NCBI RefSeq assembly: GCF_009914755.1
Contig: NC_060929.1
Direction: 5' to 3' (one strand)
Origin: the human T2T-CHM13v2.0 reference genome, Homo sapiens
Length of the DNA: 64,000 bases
The position numbers were made by a program, and so were the translations under genes. Positions 1 through 13,804 of this stretch are shown in pieces. The number at the start of each line of letters is the position of its first letter. Position 1 is the first letter of the stretch. The notes under the pieces were generated by a model. The model had not been told where the DNA came from. It did not search any database and saw nothing but the letters and a program-made list of their open reading frames with translations.

Positions 1-137
1 CTAATTTTTGTATTTTTTAGTAGAGACGGGGTTTCACCATGTTGGCCAGGTTCGTCTCGAACTCCTGACCTCAGGTGATCCACCCGCCTGGCCTCCCAAA
101 ATGCTGGGATTACAGGCATGAGCCACTGCGCCCGGCC
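1..137 (-). mobile_element. Alu (AluS) left arm, cut by window edge
   Basis: Reverse-complement Alu left monomer ending GCCCGGCC. Confidence 0.95.
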
Positions 138-199
138 ATGGCTGCAGCACTTTTAGAGGGCAGTTTGACAATAGATATCAAAGGCCTCAACATATTCAA

Positions 200-280
200 G
201 AAATCTGCACGTTACTTTGCATCCTTCAGGTGATTCTGCTGCAGGTGGTTCTGAAACCACATTCTAAAAAATAATGTTCT
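200..280. mobile_element. MER5-type hAT-Charlie MITE fragment
   Basis: cagGTGATTCTGcTGCAGgtggt...ACCACA resembles the MER5 terminus. Confidence 0.6.
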
Positions 281-842
281 CTAGTGTCTCTACTTTGAGA
301 CTCTTTCTATTGAAAATCATTTTACAATACGTGTTACTGGTGCCTCCTAACTTGGAGAAGATTCCTAGGTCACACTTTCCTACTAGTGCTGGTGTTAGGT
401 GAAGTATCTTCAGTAAGGAACTGTTCTTTCAGCACCATGACCTTCAGCTCCTTCTAAAAGCAGTTCACACACCTGAATGCAGTCTGGAATTATGGGTCCC
501 TCTTCAAAGAGCAAATCCTTAGAACTCAGAATTCTCTCTTTTAAATGGTAAATAGCCTCATATTGATTGCAAATCTTACAACTTTGGATTTGTCTTAATT
601 TCATCAGAATATTCAGACTGGTTTTAGATTTTTAAATTTTCCTCAAAGAGTGTGTTTTGACCCTCCTTTGAGAAGCAAAAACTTACAGGTTCACAGTCAG
701 GAAACATATTCTACACATAGTTCTTATTGTATAGTATCTTGTCTTAGTTTTATTGTTTTTTAAGCTGGAAAACTTTGCTTTAAAATTCAATGTTAATTCC
801 AGAGAGTTTAAATTGTGTTCCTTGTGTTTAGAAGGACACACA

Positions 843-1057
843 CCAGCCTGTGCAACATAGTTAGACCCCCATTTTTACCAAAAAAAAATTTAAAATTAGC
901 TGGTCATGGTGGTGTACTACTATAGTCCCAGCTACTCGGGAGGCTGAGGTGGGAGGATTGCTTGAGCCCAGGACGCTGAGGCTGCAGCAATTATGCCACT
1001 GTAGTCCAGCCTGGGTGATAGAGAGAGACCCTGGCTCAAAAAAGAAAAAAAAAAAAA
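843..1057 (+). mobile_element. 5'-truncated AluJ
   Basis: GGAGGATTGCTTGAGCCCAGG (J diagnostic), A tail, TSD AAGGACAYACA. Confidence 0.92.
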
Positions 1058-2062
1058 GGACATACATACAATCTAGGCTGAGGTTAGCAATTTAATTTAT
1101 CCAGTTGCTCCCTGTTTCCAAATCTGAAGCAAACTGATGTTTTAGCTAATATTTCTTTTTGTCCAAAGGCAAAGTTTGAGAATGCTTAGGAAAGGCTAAT
1201 AAATGAAAAAGAAAAGAGAAAGTTACTGGTTAAGTAAAACAGTCTATATGTTTCTGCCATCTTGTACCAAACAACTTTTGTTCCACTTCATGGAAGCTGA
1301 CAATGCAGGGGTTTGGATTCACATGAGGTGTAATCAAGGTGGTCCAGTGTGGATTACAGAAATCAGATGTACAGTATTTTAAAAGAGATTTTTATATGGA
1401 TTCAGCCTATGTAGGCATGTTGTTACGCACATCTAATGCATCAGTCACTGTAGGATCTCTCAACATCATGGGAGAGACAAACAAATGAAATGAAATGCAA
1501 ATGAAAATATAGCCTGCTAAATAGTACCAAAAGGGTCAGCCCAGACACAAGACACATAAAGCCATCTCTAGAGGGTAAGGGAAAGTGACTTCTGAAGAAT
1601 GAGTAAGAAGAAAAGTGGTATTGAAGGCACACACTACAGAAAAGAAGAAAAGAAAATTCTATGTAGGACACCAGTGGCAAGAAATAGCTTGGCTGGTTCT
1701 TGGAATTGCAAATAGTTTCCTATGAGCGAGTGGGAGAAGCAGAGTGTGAAGAGTACAGTGAATAGACATGATATATGTAGGTGAGTATGTACATACAATT
1801 TTGAACACGCAAGAATATTGTATTAGTGTAAAAATAAAAAAATGTGAAAAGTCTAGAAAAGGTGGTTCACAGAGGAACAATAGGCATAAAAGTACTCAGT
1901 GCCTGGTAATTCCTCGATAAATGTCAGCTATTTTAGTAATGCAAGTGTGCAATTTAGGTTTTCTGAGATAGGATACTTTATTTGCTCTCCAGTTTGATCT
2001 AGAACAAAGAGCAAAATCTGGGTGGGACTTAATGTGTCTTGTGGGTCAAGAAGGAATTTGAT

Positions 2063-2285
2063 GTAATGGCTAAGAGCCAGACTGACTTGGATTCAAATCC
2101 AGGTGTTAAATATTAGTTCTGTGCCCATGGGCAAGTTTTTAAAACCTCTCTAAGCATTTTCTCATCTGTAAAATGAAGATAATAATGTCTCATTCGCAGA
2201 GCTGTTGTGAGGGTTAAATGTAATAATATATGTGAAATAATTAGCACAAATTGACTGGTGCAGAAAAAGCATGCAAAATTGTTGC
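2063..2285 (+). mobile_element. MIR SINE
   Basis: MIR core: GGGCAAGT...AACCTCTCTAAGC...CTCATCTGTAAAATG...GTTGTGAGG. Confidence 0.85.
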
Positions 2286-2769
2286 TCGTGTGATTACAAA
2301 AGTAGATAGAGGACATGTGGTGGAGATTGGGGAACATTCCCAGAAGATGCATGGTGATAAGGACAATTGTCTCAGCTGGATGTGAATTCATCTTGCTGTG
2401 GCGGGTCTGTTTGTAAAGAAGAATAATCCCATGGATGAATAGGCAGCCAGCCAAGATGGCTTGATCCTCCTCATTGGGTCTAGCCAGGAAATCTGTGTGT
2501 GAGTAGAATGTGAATCACCTGCTTACTGTAAATTAATTATTATTATTCACTCAGCAAAGAGGAAAAGATGCTTGGTCAGAATTAATCATCTAAAAAACCG
2601 TTATTTTAAATTCATTACATTTGAATATGGTAATGAGACATTTGTCACTTTTATAACTCTTTGTGAGGGAGGGTGTCTGTTGTAGGATAGAAAAGGATTA
2701 ACATATAATTTTTAGACTGTGCCTTTCTTTTTTTTCTTTTCCATATTTATTAAAGCCTAATATAATATC

Positions 2770-3025
2770 TGCTGTATATCCCCACTTTACAGACAAGAAA
2801 ACAGGCTTCGAGTTTGAAGTGATTTACAAAGGAACCACATTATTCTTAAGAACATGAAATGGTGTTAAAAATTCAGACCTTTCTGACTCTAACCAATGGT
2901 TCTCACGTTAGAATCGCTAGAACTTTTTATAACTATTGAAAGGCAGGGGCTGCTCCTAACGGTTCTGATTGAGTTTTTCAGAGGTAAACAACTCCCAAAT
3001 ATGACATTCCTTGGTTGAAAACAAC
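2770..3025. mobile_element. MIR (minus) fragment followed by MER5-like fragment
   Basis: CCCACTTTACAGAcaAGAAAACAGGC MIR core; GGTTCTCA...GGTTGAAAAC MER5-like ends. Confidence 0.55.
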
Positions 3026-3869
3026 CTCCCTTTTAAAGGCTTGTTATGTATGTGAGTTAAACATTTTCAATATGAATATGCTGAACTGGGAAACTGAACA
3101 GAATAATAAATGGATCTTCTTTTCTCTCCTTTGCTTTAGTCAGTTCAGGGCATTTGAGAAACAGGTTAAAAGCAGGGAAAATGAATCCAAATATTTATGC
3201 CATATTGAGGGAGGGGGGAATAGTTTTTCTCCCCCCTGACCTTTATGATGAGTCATTGATAGCCTTACTGTGGTGACTTTTTAGCCTCATCGGAGAACAA
3301 ATCCCTCCATACATTCTAAATAATCAGAACATTATCTCACACTTGAATGTACTTGGTTCACATCGCTTAACCAGTTGAACTTGGAGGCTTACTACTCCAA
3401 ATGAAAGGTGAACCAATTTATCTTGATTTTTTATGTCACTGAATAGACAAGAATTTTGAAAAGTGGTCTCTTGTCCTGTAAAATCGCAATGATCATATAC
3501 TCTTGTATCTCCTTAGAATCACCCTCTCTCTCTTTCCCTCTATTGCACTTACTTATGCCAAGTGCTAGCCTTGGAGGAGAGATAGAACAAAGGGTGACTC
3601 AAAACTGGTTCTTCATTCAAGTGCCTCCATGGCTCAAAGACTGGAAGGGATGAGAAAATTATTCCATTTTTTAAATCTTCTAAAGCAGTGAGTCTTAAAA
3701 TTGGGATAATCCTAAATCTTTTTATGTAGTTATCAAAAGTAAAGTAACTAGAAGAACTTATTAAGATATATATATAGATAGATATAGATATGTATAAAGT
3801 ATGTATACTTTAAACATTTAGCTATCTTGACCTCTCCGGGCTTATGAAGTCATAATTAAGAAAACTGAG

Positions 3870-4173
3870 GGCTTGGCACAGTGGCTGACACCTGTAATCC
3901 CAACACTTTAGGAGACCAAGGTGGGAGGATTGAGCCCAACAGTTTGAGATCAGCCTGGGCAACAGGGCAAGGCCTTGTCTGTACAAAAAATTAAATTAGC
4001 TGCGTGTGATTGCACACACCTGTAGTCCTACCTACTCAGGAGGCTGGAGCAGGAGGATCACTTGAGCCCAGGAAGGTTGAGGCTGAAGTGAGCCATGTTT
4101 GTGCCACTGCACTTCAGCCTGGGCAACAGAGCAAGACCCTGTCTCAAAAAAAAAAAAAGAAAGAAAAAAGAAA
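3870..4173 (+). mobile_element. AluJ
   Basis: Dimeric Alu with J-type GGAGGATCACTTGAGCCCAGG and A tail. Confidence 0.95.
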
Positions 4174-5162
4174 ATTGGCATTATGTGAAAAAAATAAATA
4201 TGATTTTCATCTTTTACCTGTGGATATGAACAGATAAAACAGACCATTCAAAAGTGAAATTATGCATTAAAATCTTTTTTCATTTGTTCTGATTTAGACA
4301 AGACAAAAGCAGTCTAAAAAACCCAAAAAACAAAAACAGAGCAAAACAATCTATCACCCCCATGAATAAAGAATGCAAGCACTGTGATTGCTTCCCTGAG
4401 ATATAATTTCTTTCCACCGCCCATAATTTGCAAAAAGCGGTGTGAATGCAGGTAAACATTTCTCCTCCCATTCCAGCTTCCCATGTGAATCTGATGCTTC
4501 CTTGTTCTACCTCTATTTCGTGGGTTCTTTATTCTCCTGTTTATCTTTATCTTCCAGACAACCAATCAGAGATATCTATAAAGGAAATTACCATTATCTG
4601 GCCAAAAACATAGCTGGGAAAATGTGAGGTTACGAAGGATTCCAAAATGACTCAGAAAATACACTGGCAGGAATTGGCTAGAAAGTATTCCATATTGTTA
4701 CCTTGAAAATGGATCTCCCAAGACAAAAATGTCCCTGATATTTGTGCCTCAGCCCCATTTTATATTGGGTGTCAGATAAGAGATTTGTAGGAAATCCTGG
4801 GAGGGTGCGGTGGGGTGGAAGTGGAGGAGTGATGTCTAAAAGTGAGATAGAGGGAGACGGGATGGACTTGTCTGTCAATTAAGATCCTTGGTTTGAAAAT
4901 CCCAGGGTGAAAATTTAAATGCCTTATTTGCAAAGTGGGACAAAAATTGCAGAATAATATCTCAAGTAAGCTAGATTCTACTCCTTTTTATCAATTCAAC
5001 ATTTTCTCCTATAAATTAAACCATGGCTATGAATTTGAGACATGTGATTGGTAAAGTTTTGCTATATTTAACCGCTAGAATTCAATGGGTTCCAGAATTT
5101 ACTTACATGTCTCCTTACTGATTAATAATATACATAGATAATATTTATTGAGCTCTTACTAA

Positions 5163-5596
5163 TGTCGTGCCGGACCCTTATTGACTCCAATAGGGATAGC
5201 ACCATGTCCGAGGGGCCAAGGAAACCCAGAGCCAGCGAACAAGACATAGGATCAATTGAGGACTTTACATACAGGGAGGTCCAGGAGCAGAGGGCCCAGA
5301 CAGGAAAACCACTACCGTTTGTAAAAAGGATGTAATTTATAAAGCATTTTTATTCAGCAACTTCCACCTAGCAATCACCATTCAACCCAAAACAAAGAGA
5401 CCCATTTCTCTCTATGGCCTGCATTCCAAAAATATGGGCCAGGAGTTTGGATGTCCTTCATAGATTGGAAGTGAATCTCCTGGTTGGCTGTTCCTGGATC
5501 CCTTAGCTCAGAACTTCAAAGACACATTCTTCTTAGACCACAGGGTCATTCTCAGTGTATGCTTAAATTATTGCTATCAGGTGTGTCTGCTGTAAA
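5163..5596 (-). mobile_element. Solo ERVL LTR, LTR47-like, inserted in a MIR
   Basis: Reverse complement begins ...CAGACACACCTGATAGCAATAATTTAAGCATACACTGAGAATGACCCTGTGGTCTAAGAAGAATGTG, as I recall LTR47; MIR pieces at 5140-5162 and 5600-5790 flank it. Confidence 0.65.
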
Positions 5597-7759
5597 ACTG
5601 TATGTTACATATAATTGGACGTACTCATGTAATCCTTACAACATCCCTGTAAAATAAGCAGTATTATCTCCTCTGCAGTACAAAAGGGAAAAGTAGCTTG
5701 CTTCAGGTCATAGAGCTCAGGGAGGAAAAAAGTGTTAGATCTTGAACCTGGGTGTCTGACTCCAGACCTCTATTCTTAACTACTACACTATTTCCTGAAC
5801 TCATATCTATGGGGATTTTCCTCTGTGTACTTTGATGAACTGAGCAACTCAGTGTAATTCAGCCTTGTTAAAATATAATTTTTGAAAACAGGTAAAATCA
5901 TGATTCTCATATAGACTTAAAAAAAAGGATATGTGTTAAGAATTTTGTTTAACAAAGTAATGAGAAAAATAGAATTGTGTTAAAAATCAGTAAAATCATA
6001 AAACAGACACATTTATAGATCAAGAATATTGAAATGAATGTGCAAATATAGGCAAAAGTGGACTCTCCCACAATGAAAGATGGAAATCATTTGAAGCTCT
6101 ACTGAATAGAATTTGCACGTCTGTAGACAAGAATTATTTGGCATTGCTATTATTTTCCTACAGCTTACAGAATTGTAATTCCCACCGAATTGGAACAAGA
6201 GAACGCTAGAAAGACGTGCTATAGACAATACATAGTTGTTCACTGAAGTGCAAATTTTTCCCTACAATACTTGTAATTCTCCCTTGCTCCTTAAACTCAG
6301 GAAGACTTCTATACCTGGCAAGTATAAAAGGTATTTGGGGAGATAGGCATGAATAAAAAATGTCTTAAAAACTACCAGAACAGAAATATATAAATACTTT
6401 CAATAAGGCAGAATGTTAAAGAATATAATAAAGAGAGGAGCAGTTCATTCGGCTCTGGGGATCTATTGGAATTTCTGTATAAGGGGCATTTAGGAGAGGC
6501 AGTTGAGTTGGAAGAGGGGGCTGGAGGCTATCCTGAAGTTGATTTTAGATACCACTTTACATAAAATTAACAGAGTGTAGACTATCTTTTTTAAAGAATG
6601 GGATTGGGTTTGTCAGAGACCATAAAACTCTCCCAAAGCTGTCTTGTGTACTGCCCTCGAAATCTAGAAAAGCTCTTTAGAGGAAACGTTTAGGCTGACC
6701 TGGAAGGCAGCAGGAAAATGTAAAAGTGCTATCCAGAGAGAGGGGCATCTTGATCCAAGGTAAAGACACTAAGAGAGGGGAGGTGACTTCAGAATGGGAG
6801 TGATAAGAATGAGGCAGTAAGAGAAAAAGAGTCTGCCTCAAAACCAAGTGCTCCCCGAGCCTACACAGGTCAAGGTGCCTACTGCTTTCTGTTTCCTTTG
6901 ACAAGGACTTTAAAACCAGGATCTTCTTCTGTCTTAAAGCCAGAGCCCTGGTCCCATAAAATAGATACTCAATATGTATTTCCTATATGAACAAAGTATG
7001 GAAAAGAGAAGGAAGGAAGAAATAAATGAAGTATGGAACCAAATCTAGCTTTATCTAGGCCCTCTGTTTTTCTCCCCACTCAAATTTCCCAAGCTTTACT
7101 GTTTCAGGAAAGCGCTCACTACAAAGAACCACCCTTCACTTGTGATTCAGTGGAGGCCCACCTCCACTCAGCCTCATGAGTCCCTTGTCTAATTTTCTCA
7201 GTAAAACCATGGGCCCCTTCCTTTTCTTTGAAATATTCTTCATTAAAAAACATTTTTCTTATTATAATATACTGAATAAAATCATCTTTTTAATCATCCC
7301 ATGCATTTTGTCTTTCACAGTTGGAAAGAAGGGAGTTCAAGACCCAATCTCTGGGCTTGAAGAACCCTTCTGTGGATTAATACAGCATAAAGACATGCAA
7401 ACCCTTAATTTGTTTTAACTGCATCCTTTTGATACACATGAAAGAGCAGGGACCATACTGATGCAAATGCTTCTTATTATAACTTGGCCAAGAAAGAACT
7501 ACTGTTGGTGGCTCTGGCGTGTGTGCATCTTTGTCTTTGAAACCGGGCAAGTTCAGGGACTTGTTTGAAGCTTCCCTATTTGGGGAATAAGGGATATAAT
7601 GGAGGGTGTTTTTTCTTTTCCCTCTTGGATGATGGGCTAGGGAAAAAATTTGAGTTGATTAAATTATGGCATCAACAGAAAGACCAGTTTGTAGTGATAA
7701 ATAAGCATGTGTTTATATTTATCCAATGAAAGTGTCCAAGATGTGGCTAGAAGTGGTTG

Positions 7760-8120
7760 TAAACAACAAAGCTACCTTTGGCCTACTTAAGGAAAAAACA
7801 AAATTAGGTAAATTATTGGAGGGATATCATTTAACTCAATCCTTAAAGAAAAAGTTGAAGTGTTAAGTGCCATTCTGGGATGTAGATAGTAGAAAATGAA
7901 TAGGCGGGATGAATGAGCTCTGACTCCTTTCAGTGTAGATGTCCCTTTTCCAAAGACTCAAATTCCAGGAAGAGTGCATCTGATGGAGGCCTTGGATCAC
8001 ACGCTCACCTCCTAGGCAGAGAAGATCCTGATCAGTTGATTGATAGTTCTACAAGATTAGCCAAAGAGGGAGAAACTATGCAGCTAAATGGGGATGGGGG
8101 AGGACTGTAACTAGGAGTCA
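7760..8120 (-). mobile_element. Degenerate MLT1-type (MaLR) LTR fragment
   Basis: AAATTCCAGGAAGAGtgcATCTGAT...GGATCACACGCTCACC resembles old MLT1 subfamilies. Confidence 0.4.
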
Positions 8121-8149
8121 AGGATTTGGGGCAGGTAAAATAGTAGCCT

Positions 8150-8735
8150 TTACATAGAATTACCAACATATGACCCAACGATTCAACTCCTATGTACATA
8201 TATACCCAGGAGAAATGAAAACACACATTCACACAAAATCTTATACACAAGTGTTCAAAGTAGCATTATTCATAATAGCTATAAAGTAAACACAACTGAA
8301 ATGTCCACCAACCAATGAATGGATAAACAAATGTGGTTTGTTCATGCAATGAAATATTATTCAGCCATAAAAAGGAACAACGTATTGAGGAACTTTGAAA
8401 ACATTATGCTAAGTAAAAGAAGTCAGACACAAAATGCCACATATTGTCTGATTTTATTTATACGAAATGTCCAGGATGGGCAAATCTGTAGAGACAGAAA
8501 GTAGGTTAGTGTTTGCTCAGCACTGCAGGAAGTAGGAGTAGGGATGAAGGAGGGTGAGGTGAATATTGGCTGGTAATGGATATCAGTTTCTTTTAGGGGA
8601 AACAAAGCTGTTTTAAAATTATATTGTTATAGTTGCACCAACCATGGCAACCGTGTGAGTATATGAAGAAACATTAAACTGTATACTTTAATTGTGTGAA
8701 GTATGAATTAATTGTAATAAAGCTGTTCATAAATA
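8150..8735 (+). mobile_element. L1MB-type LINE-1 3' end
   Basis: CATATGACCCA...GAAATGAAAAC...GAATGGATAAACAAATGTGG...TTCAGCCATAAAAAGGAA...AATAAAGCTGTT. Confidence 0.9.
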
Positions 8736-8934
8736 AGCAGCTTTATTATTACAATTATTGGAATGAAAAATTTGGTTGTGATTAAATTTATTGTTTTTAC
8801 TTGTTGGGAAAGTAGGTAAAAGCTGCTGTGGTGTGATCTTCAGAGATGAGAAATAAGGTCACTAGTTTGTTGCAGTTTCTGAAACATTAAATACTCCTTT
8901 ATATTAGGGTGTCATCTTTCTGTTAGAAACAGCT

Positions 8935-9245
8935 GGCCAGGCACAGTGGCTCACGCCTGTAATCTCAGCACTTTGGGAGGCTGAGACGGGCAGAGCATCT
9001 GAGGTCAGGAGTTAGAGACCAGTCAGGAGTTAGAGCCTGGCCAACATGGTGAAACCATGTCTCTACTACAAATACAAGAATTAGCCACTTGTGATGGCGC
9101 GCACCTGTAATCCCAGCTACTCAGGAGGCTGAGACAGGAGAATCACTTGAACTCAGGAGATGGAGGTTACAGTGAGCCAAGATTGCACCATTGCACTCCA
9201 CCCTGGGACTCTGTCTCAAAAAAAAAAAAAAAAAGAAAGAAAGAA
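8935..9245 (+). mobile_element. AluS with internal 14-bp duplication
   Basis: Full Alu, TSD AGAAACWGCT, GTCAGGAGTTAGAG present twice. Confidence 0.95.
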
Positions 9246-9429
9246 AGAAACTGCTACCACCAGGATGGTTTCTTAGTTAGCATTACAAGTCATAACAAAT
9301 AAGTGTGGATTATTCTGTCAGGCCCTTTCAAATGTGTCGACCTAACTAAAACATGCCTTATCTGGAATAAAACTTACATGAGGCTGTGTGCAGTACTCAA
9401 AAAAAATGCCTGCTAAGAAGTGAAAAAAA

Positions 9430-9724
9430 GGCCGGGCACAGTAGCTTATGTCTGTAATCCCAGCACTTTGGGAGTCTGAGGTGGGTGGATCACTTGGGAT
9501 CAGGAGTTCAAGACCAGCCTGACCAACATGGTGAAATCCCGTCTCTACTAAAAAAACAAAATTAACTTGGCGTGGTGGTGTCTGTCTGTAATCCCAGCTA
9601 CTTGGGAGACTGAGGCAGGAGAATCATTTGAATTCAGGAGGAGGAGGTTGCCGTGAGCCAAGATCATGTCACTGCACTCCAGCCTGGGCAATAAGAGCAA
9701 AACTCTGTTTAAAAAAAAAAAAAA
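9430..9724 (+). mobile_element. AluS
   Basis: Full dimer, A tail, TSD AAGTGAAA. Confidence 0.95.
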
Positions 9725-10621
9725 GTGAAACAACCTGAACTGCTGCCATTGATATACTATTGATATATTGATATATACTTGGTATAAAACTGAGGATAAG
9801 TTCTTTTTCTTCTGTGGTCCTTAGTTTCCTGATCTGGAAAAGGAAAGGGTCAAACTAGATCAGGGGTTCTCAGAGATTGGTTTCCCATTAATGGTTGTGA
9901 TTTAATATTTTCTCAAATAAAATTAAACAAAAAAGTGAACCAATATAAGGAAAACTCTGGGAAAATAGTTGTATGAATATTGTGTAGATATGGCAAAAAC
10001 CATGAAGTTCATATAATTACTGAAATTTGGCAAATGCTACATGATACATCCTGGTTAATTGCAGTGAGAGGTGGCAAAATGCGTTGGCTACGAAAACCAT
10101 TACTTTGTAAAGCTATCTCTTTCTCTTCCTCATTTATTTGATTTATGACATTAGGTTTTTAAATAATAATGTTAGTAATAATAATGATCTTTTTTTGAGT
10201 GTCTATTATATGCTAGTCCCCACAAATGAAGGGAAAGTTCTGGGAGGCCTTATGATGAGCCTGTGGTTTAGGTGATAAAGGAAGACCTCGCTGAAGAACA
10301 GAGACTGGAAGGATGTTGGAATTTAGTAAGATGAAGGGCTATAGGAGCACTTTCTATAAGACAAATGGCACCTATGAAGGCCTAAGGTTGAAATCAAACA
10401 TGCGGTCCCTTCTAAAAACTAATAAATCCTCTAGGATTGCAGCACAGAGAATGAAGAAGAGAATTAAATCAATACCCAGGGCTTACTGAGCACGTACCTC
10501 ACTGCTCACACCATGCTACGTGCTTTGCTTATTTCATTCAAGCCACACAAAGGCTCTATGGGGTCAGTATCATTATTCCATTTTATAGATGGGAACTAAA
10601 GCTTAAACTTAAAATGTCTTA

Positions 10622-10738
10622 AGCTGAGCACAGTGGTGGATGCTAGTCATCTCAGCTACTCAGGAGGCTGAGGCAGGAGAATGCTTTGAGCCCAGTTCGT
10701 GGCCAGCCTGCGTAATATAGTGAGACCCCCATCTCTTA
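10622..10738 (+). mobile_element. FLAM (free left Alu monomer)
   Basis: Single monomer CAGCTACTCAGGAGGCTGAGG...GCCAGCCTG...ATAGTGAGACCCC. Confidence 0.8.
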
Positions 10739-10792
10739 AATAAAATAAAATAAAATAAAATAAAATAAAATAAAATAAAATAAAATAAAATA
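10738..10792 (+). repeat. (TAAAA)n pentanucleotide tail
   Basis: Ten perfect TAAAA units from 10741. Confidence 0.95.
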
Positions 10793-12018
10793 TTGCTTGT
10801 GGTTACAGAGCTAGTAAAACATAAAGCCTGGATTTGAACACAATTAGTTTGCCTCCAGAGCCAGTGTGTAAGTCGCTATACAATACTGACAGCTGACTGC
10901 ATGTGAGTCATCTCAGCTCCTCCAAAGTGTGGCCATCCTTTGATTTTCCTTTGCCCAGCTAGGATGACACATTGATTTAGCAATAGAGTACTTGTTCTCT
11001 GATCCTAGATAGGAAGCCTATTGTTAAAATAAACAGACATCGAAAGCATAACCAAAACTATTAAAATTTCATAAGCAAGCTTTATCCAAGATTCAGTACT
11101 GGGGATGAATATCAAAAGGACTTATTATGAAATCAAATCTTTTAAAACTTCCATATAATTTTCTTCTCCTTAACCTAGAGTTGAGAAAGGTAAAAATAAC
11201 AGAGTTTTGTTTTCACTAGGAAAATAGTATAGCCTTATTTGGGACAAGAATTGAAAATGGACCTTCAGTCAATTTTTGTGCCACAATGTGATTTGGTGCA
11301 GAAAAAGCAAGAAGTCATTCATCACTATATTTAAAGAGATTTGTCTAAAGCTATAAAACTTCTTGTGGTTCAATATGTGCTCATCGTAATAGGCTAAATC
11401 TCTAATAATAATAAATATTACTCATCCCATTGTTAATGCTCAGAAGTTCCATATTTCATACCTCCGACTGCATTGCTATTGAACAAAGGATGAAGACAGT
11501 AATACAATCTGAGAATTATACCCTACCCAATTCCAACTTCAACAGATGGAGCAACTGACCCAAATGCTTTAATTCTAGTCTAAACTTGAAAGAAAGCCCT
11601 CTCATTAATGTTTGGGCTTACTATCTTACCACTGGAAAGTCAAAAAGAAAGAAACAAAAATAAAGGCAATGTTTACCCAAGATGGCTGGGAATTGAACCT
11701 ACATTTTGAATAATATTGTTATTCTTTTGGCCTTTTCCTAAGAGGCATTTTGAAATAAAGTCATAACAGCTAAGAAGCCCTATTATATTCTCTTAAGTTA
11801 AATGCTTGTTGGGAAAGAGAAACATTCAGGAAATTAGAAGATTAAGAATCTAAGTGGTTTTTCCTTTTTAAAATATGACCATTTTGATGATTTCAATACT
11901 CTACAAAGAAATGATCTGTATTCACTCCACTCTTTTCAGTTTTTACTTTTCTGTGTTTGTATCATGATTAATGGTGATTTAAGTATATGTCCTTGTCAAG
12001 AGCCTAGAGAAGATGATT

Positions 12019-12131
12019 TAGGATTATGAACTGTCCTTGTTTGCCCAGAAGTGAGGGATATCCTGGGATGCAGGACTTTCAGTGCTAACGTGAGGACAGG
12101 CCAAGGGAAATCAGAATGGTTGGTCATCCTA
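12019..12131. mobile_element. MER81 (hAT-Blackjack) MITE
   Basis: TAGG...TGTCCTTGTTTGCCCAG...GGACTTTCAGTGCTAA...GGTTGGTCATCCTA; about 113 bp with degenerate TIRs. Confidence 0.75.
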
Positions 12132-12739
12132 AAATGGTGTTTCTTTGGCCTGGTTACAGATCTTTGCTTAAGTAAACCAGAGGAGACTGCCATCCCTTGT
12201 CTACTAAGTCATAATCTCCTGCAAGCCCAGGCATTTTTATTATCTTCAAAAGCTTCCCAGATTGTTCTGATAGCCAGCCAGATCTGGGAGTTTCTAAGGT
12301 GGTGCAAGGCGTTCCTAAATAGAATTGTTGAATTTGTCTCAAATGGAAAATGCAACTGATATACTATTTTTTAAAAAATTATAACATCTCTAAAGTTAAA
12401 TTATATTTAAAAACAAAAGCAATGGCTTCTTTAAGAAGAGAGCCTGCTATAGTCTTAACATTTTACAAGGTACATACTCTTTTGAAACTGGGCATTTGTC
12501 CAAGACACCAAAGACTAAAACATTAGCTACCTACGCAGCTTTGAGAAATTTGGGGTCTACATTTAAACTGGATGATCTTTCTCCCACTTCATCACATTTC
12601 CCATCTCCCAGGGAGAGAGAGATGGGAAATAGAACTCTAAACAACTTCCTTCACTCAGAAGCCTCAAATAAAATGCTGTCTTCTCTTGCTTCTTACTTTA
12701 GATTCCTGACTTAAAAAAAAAAAAGCTGAAGCTTATAAC

Positions 12740-13510
12740 TTTCTATTATAAAATAACTCATACTTTTCAAAACATCTGAAAAATATTTTTAAAAAGAAAG
12801 AAAAAGCTTATCCAACGACCTTCCCTTCGACACAACCAGTCTTAATATTCTGGTGTGTTTCTTTTTTACATTATTCCTATGTATTGCTTTTTAAAAATAT
12901 ATAATATAGCTATGATTATACTATGTATACAACATTACATTTCACCTTTTAAAAAAATTCACCATTGTACTATAAACATTACCATGTCATGACAAACCCA
13001 TCACAAAGTTATTTTAATGGCAAAATGATATTTTAAGAGGATGCATGTAGTTCATTCGACAAGGTTCTTGACTAATTTTCAAGAGCAATGCCCTAAAAAT
13101 AATCTACCAAATGCTGGTAGATCATTATGAGATAGATGCCCCAAAAATATAATCTAATGAAGAATCACTGTCCTCATAGTTAACCTACAACTAAAGTCTT
13201 TCCTTTAGGTTAAAGAATGAATACTTCCTTGAGACTATTTTCTTGTTTTGGTATTTTATTGGGGTTGCTTTTAATTTAGATGATAGAACAGTCTCAGATG
13301 GAATTTTAAAAAGAAAAAAAATCACCTATAACTCCACTGCTCTAAGAATGCCATTCCAAGATGTATATGCATAAAGATATTTACACAGGTATAATCATAC
13401 AATGCATGCAATTTTGTGTTCCTTTTTTCCACTTAATATTACAGCTTCTTTGCCATGTTATTACATAGTCCTTATATTTATCATTTTAATGGCTGCATAA
13501 TCATCTACAA
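12740..13510 (-). mobile_element. Old L1ME-type fragments
   Basis: TTTTAATGGCTGCATAAT and TTTTCCACTTAATATT motifs typical of L1ME 3' UTR antisense; discontinuous. Confidence 0.5.
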
Positions 13511-13804
13511 GTTATTGCTTGTGGCAACACAGTTCCTTTAGGTTTGAGAATAGGCAACAATTATGTGGAATAATTGGGAAAAAGTTTATTTAAACATGTG
13601 CTAAAGCAGTGATTTTCTAATTTTGATGCTTGATGTGCCCCAAAGGTTATCGTGGTAAGGGTGATGAGGAGACGAATCAGGGACTACCCAATCATCCTTT
13701 AATTAATGTACTTCTCTTTTAAGTTTCCTTTTTGAAAATAGGGCTTAAAAAAAGTAGGAGGAGAAAAAAAAGGATAACATTAAATAATGCAACATTTATG
13801 TAGA

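Larger units (their letters stand above)
10480..10870 (-). mobile_element. MIR interrupted by a FLAM
   Basis: CCATTTTATAGATGGGAACTAAAGCTT ... CAGAGCTAGTAA...GGATTTGAAC. Confidence 0.7.

Noticed and set aside
12496-12724. ORF followed by AATAAA and an A run, like a processed pseudogene
   Set aside because: No recognisable parent protein and no TSD.
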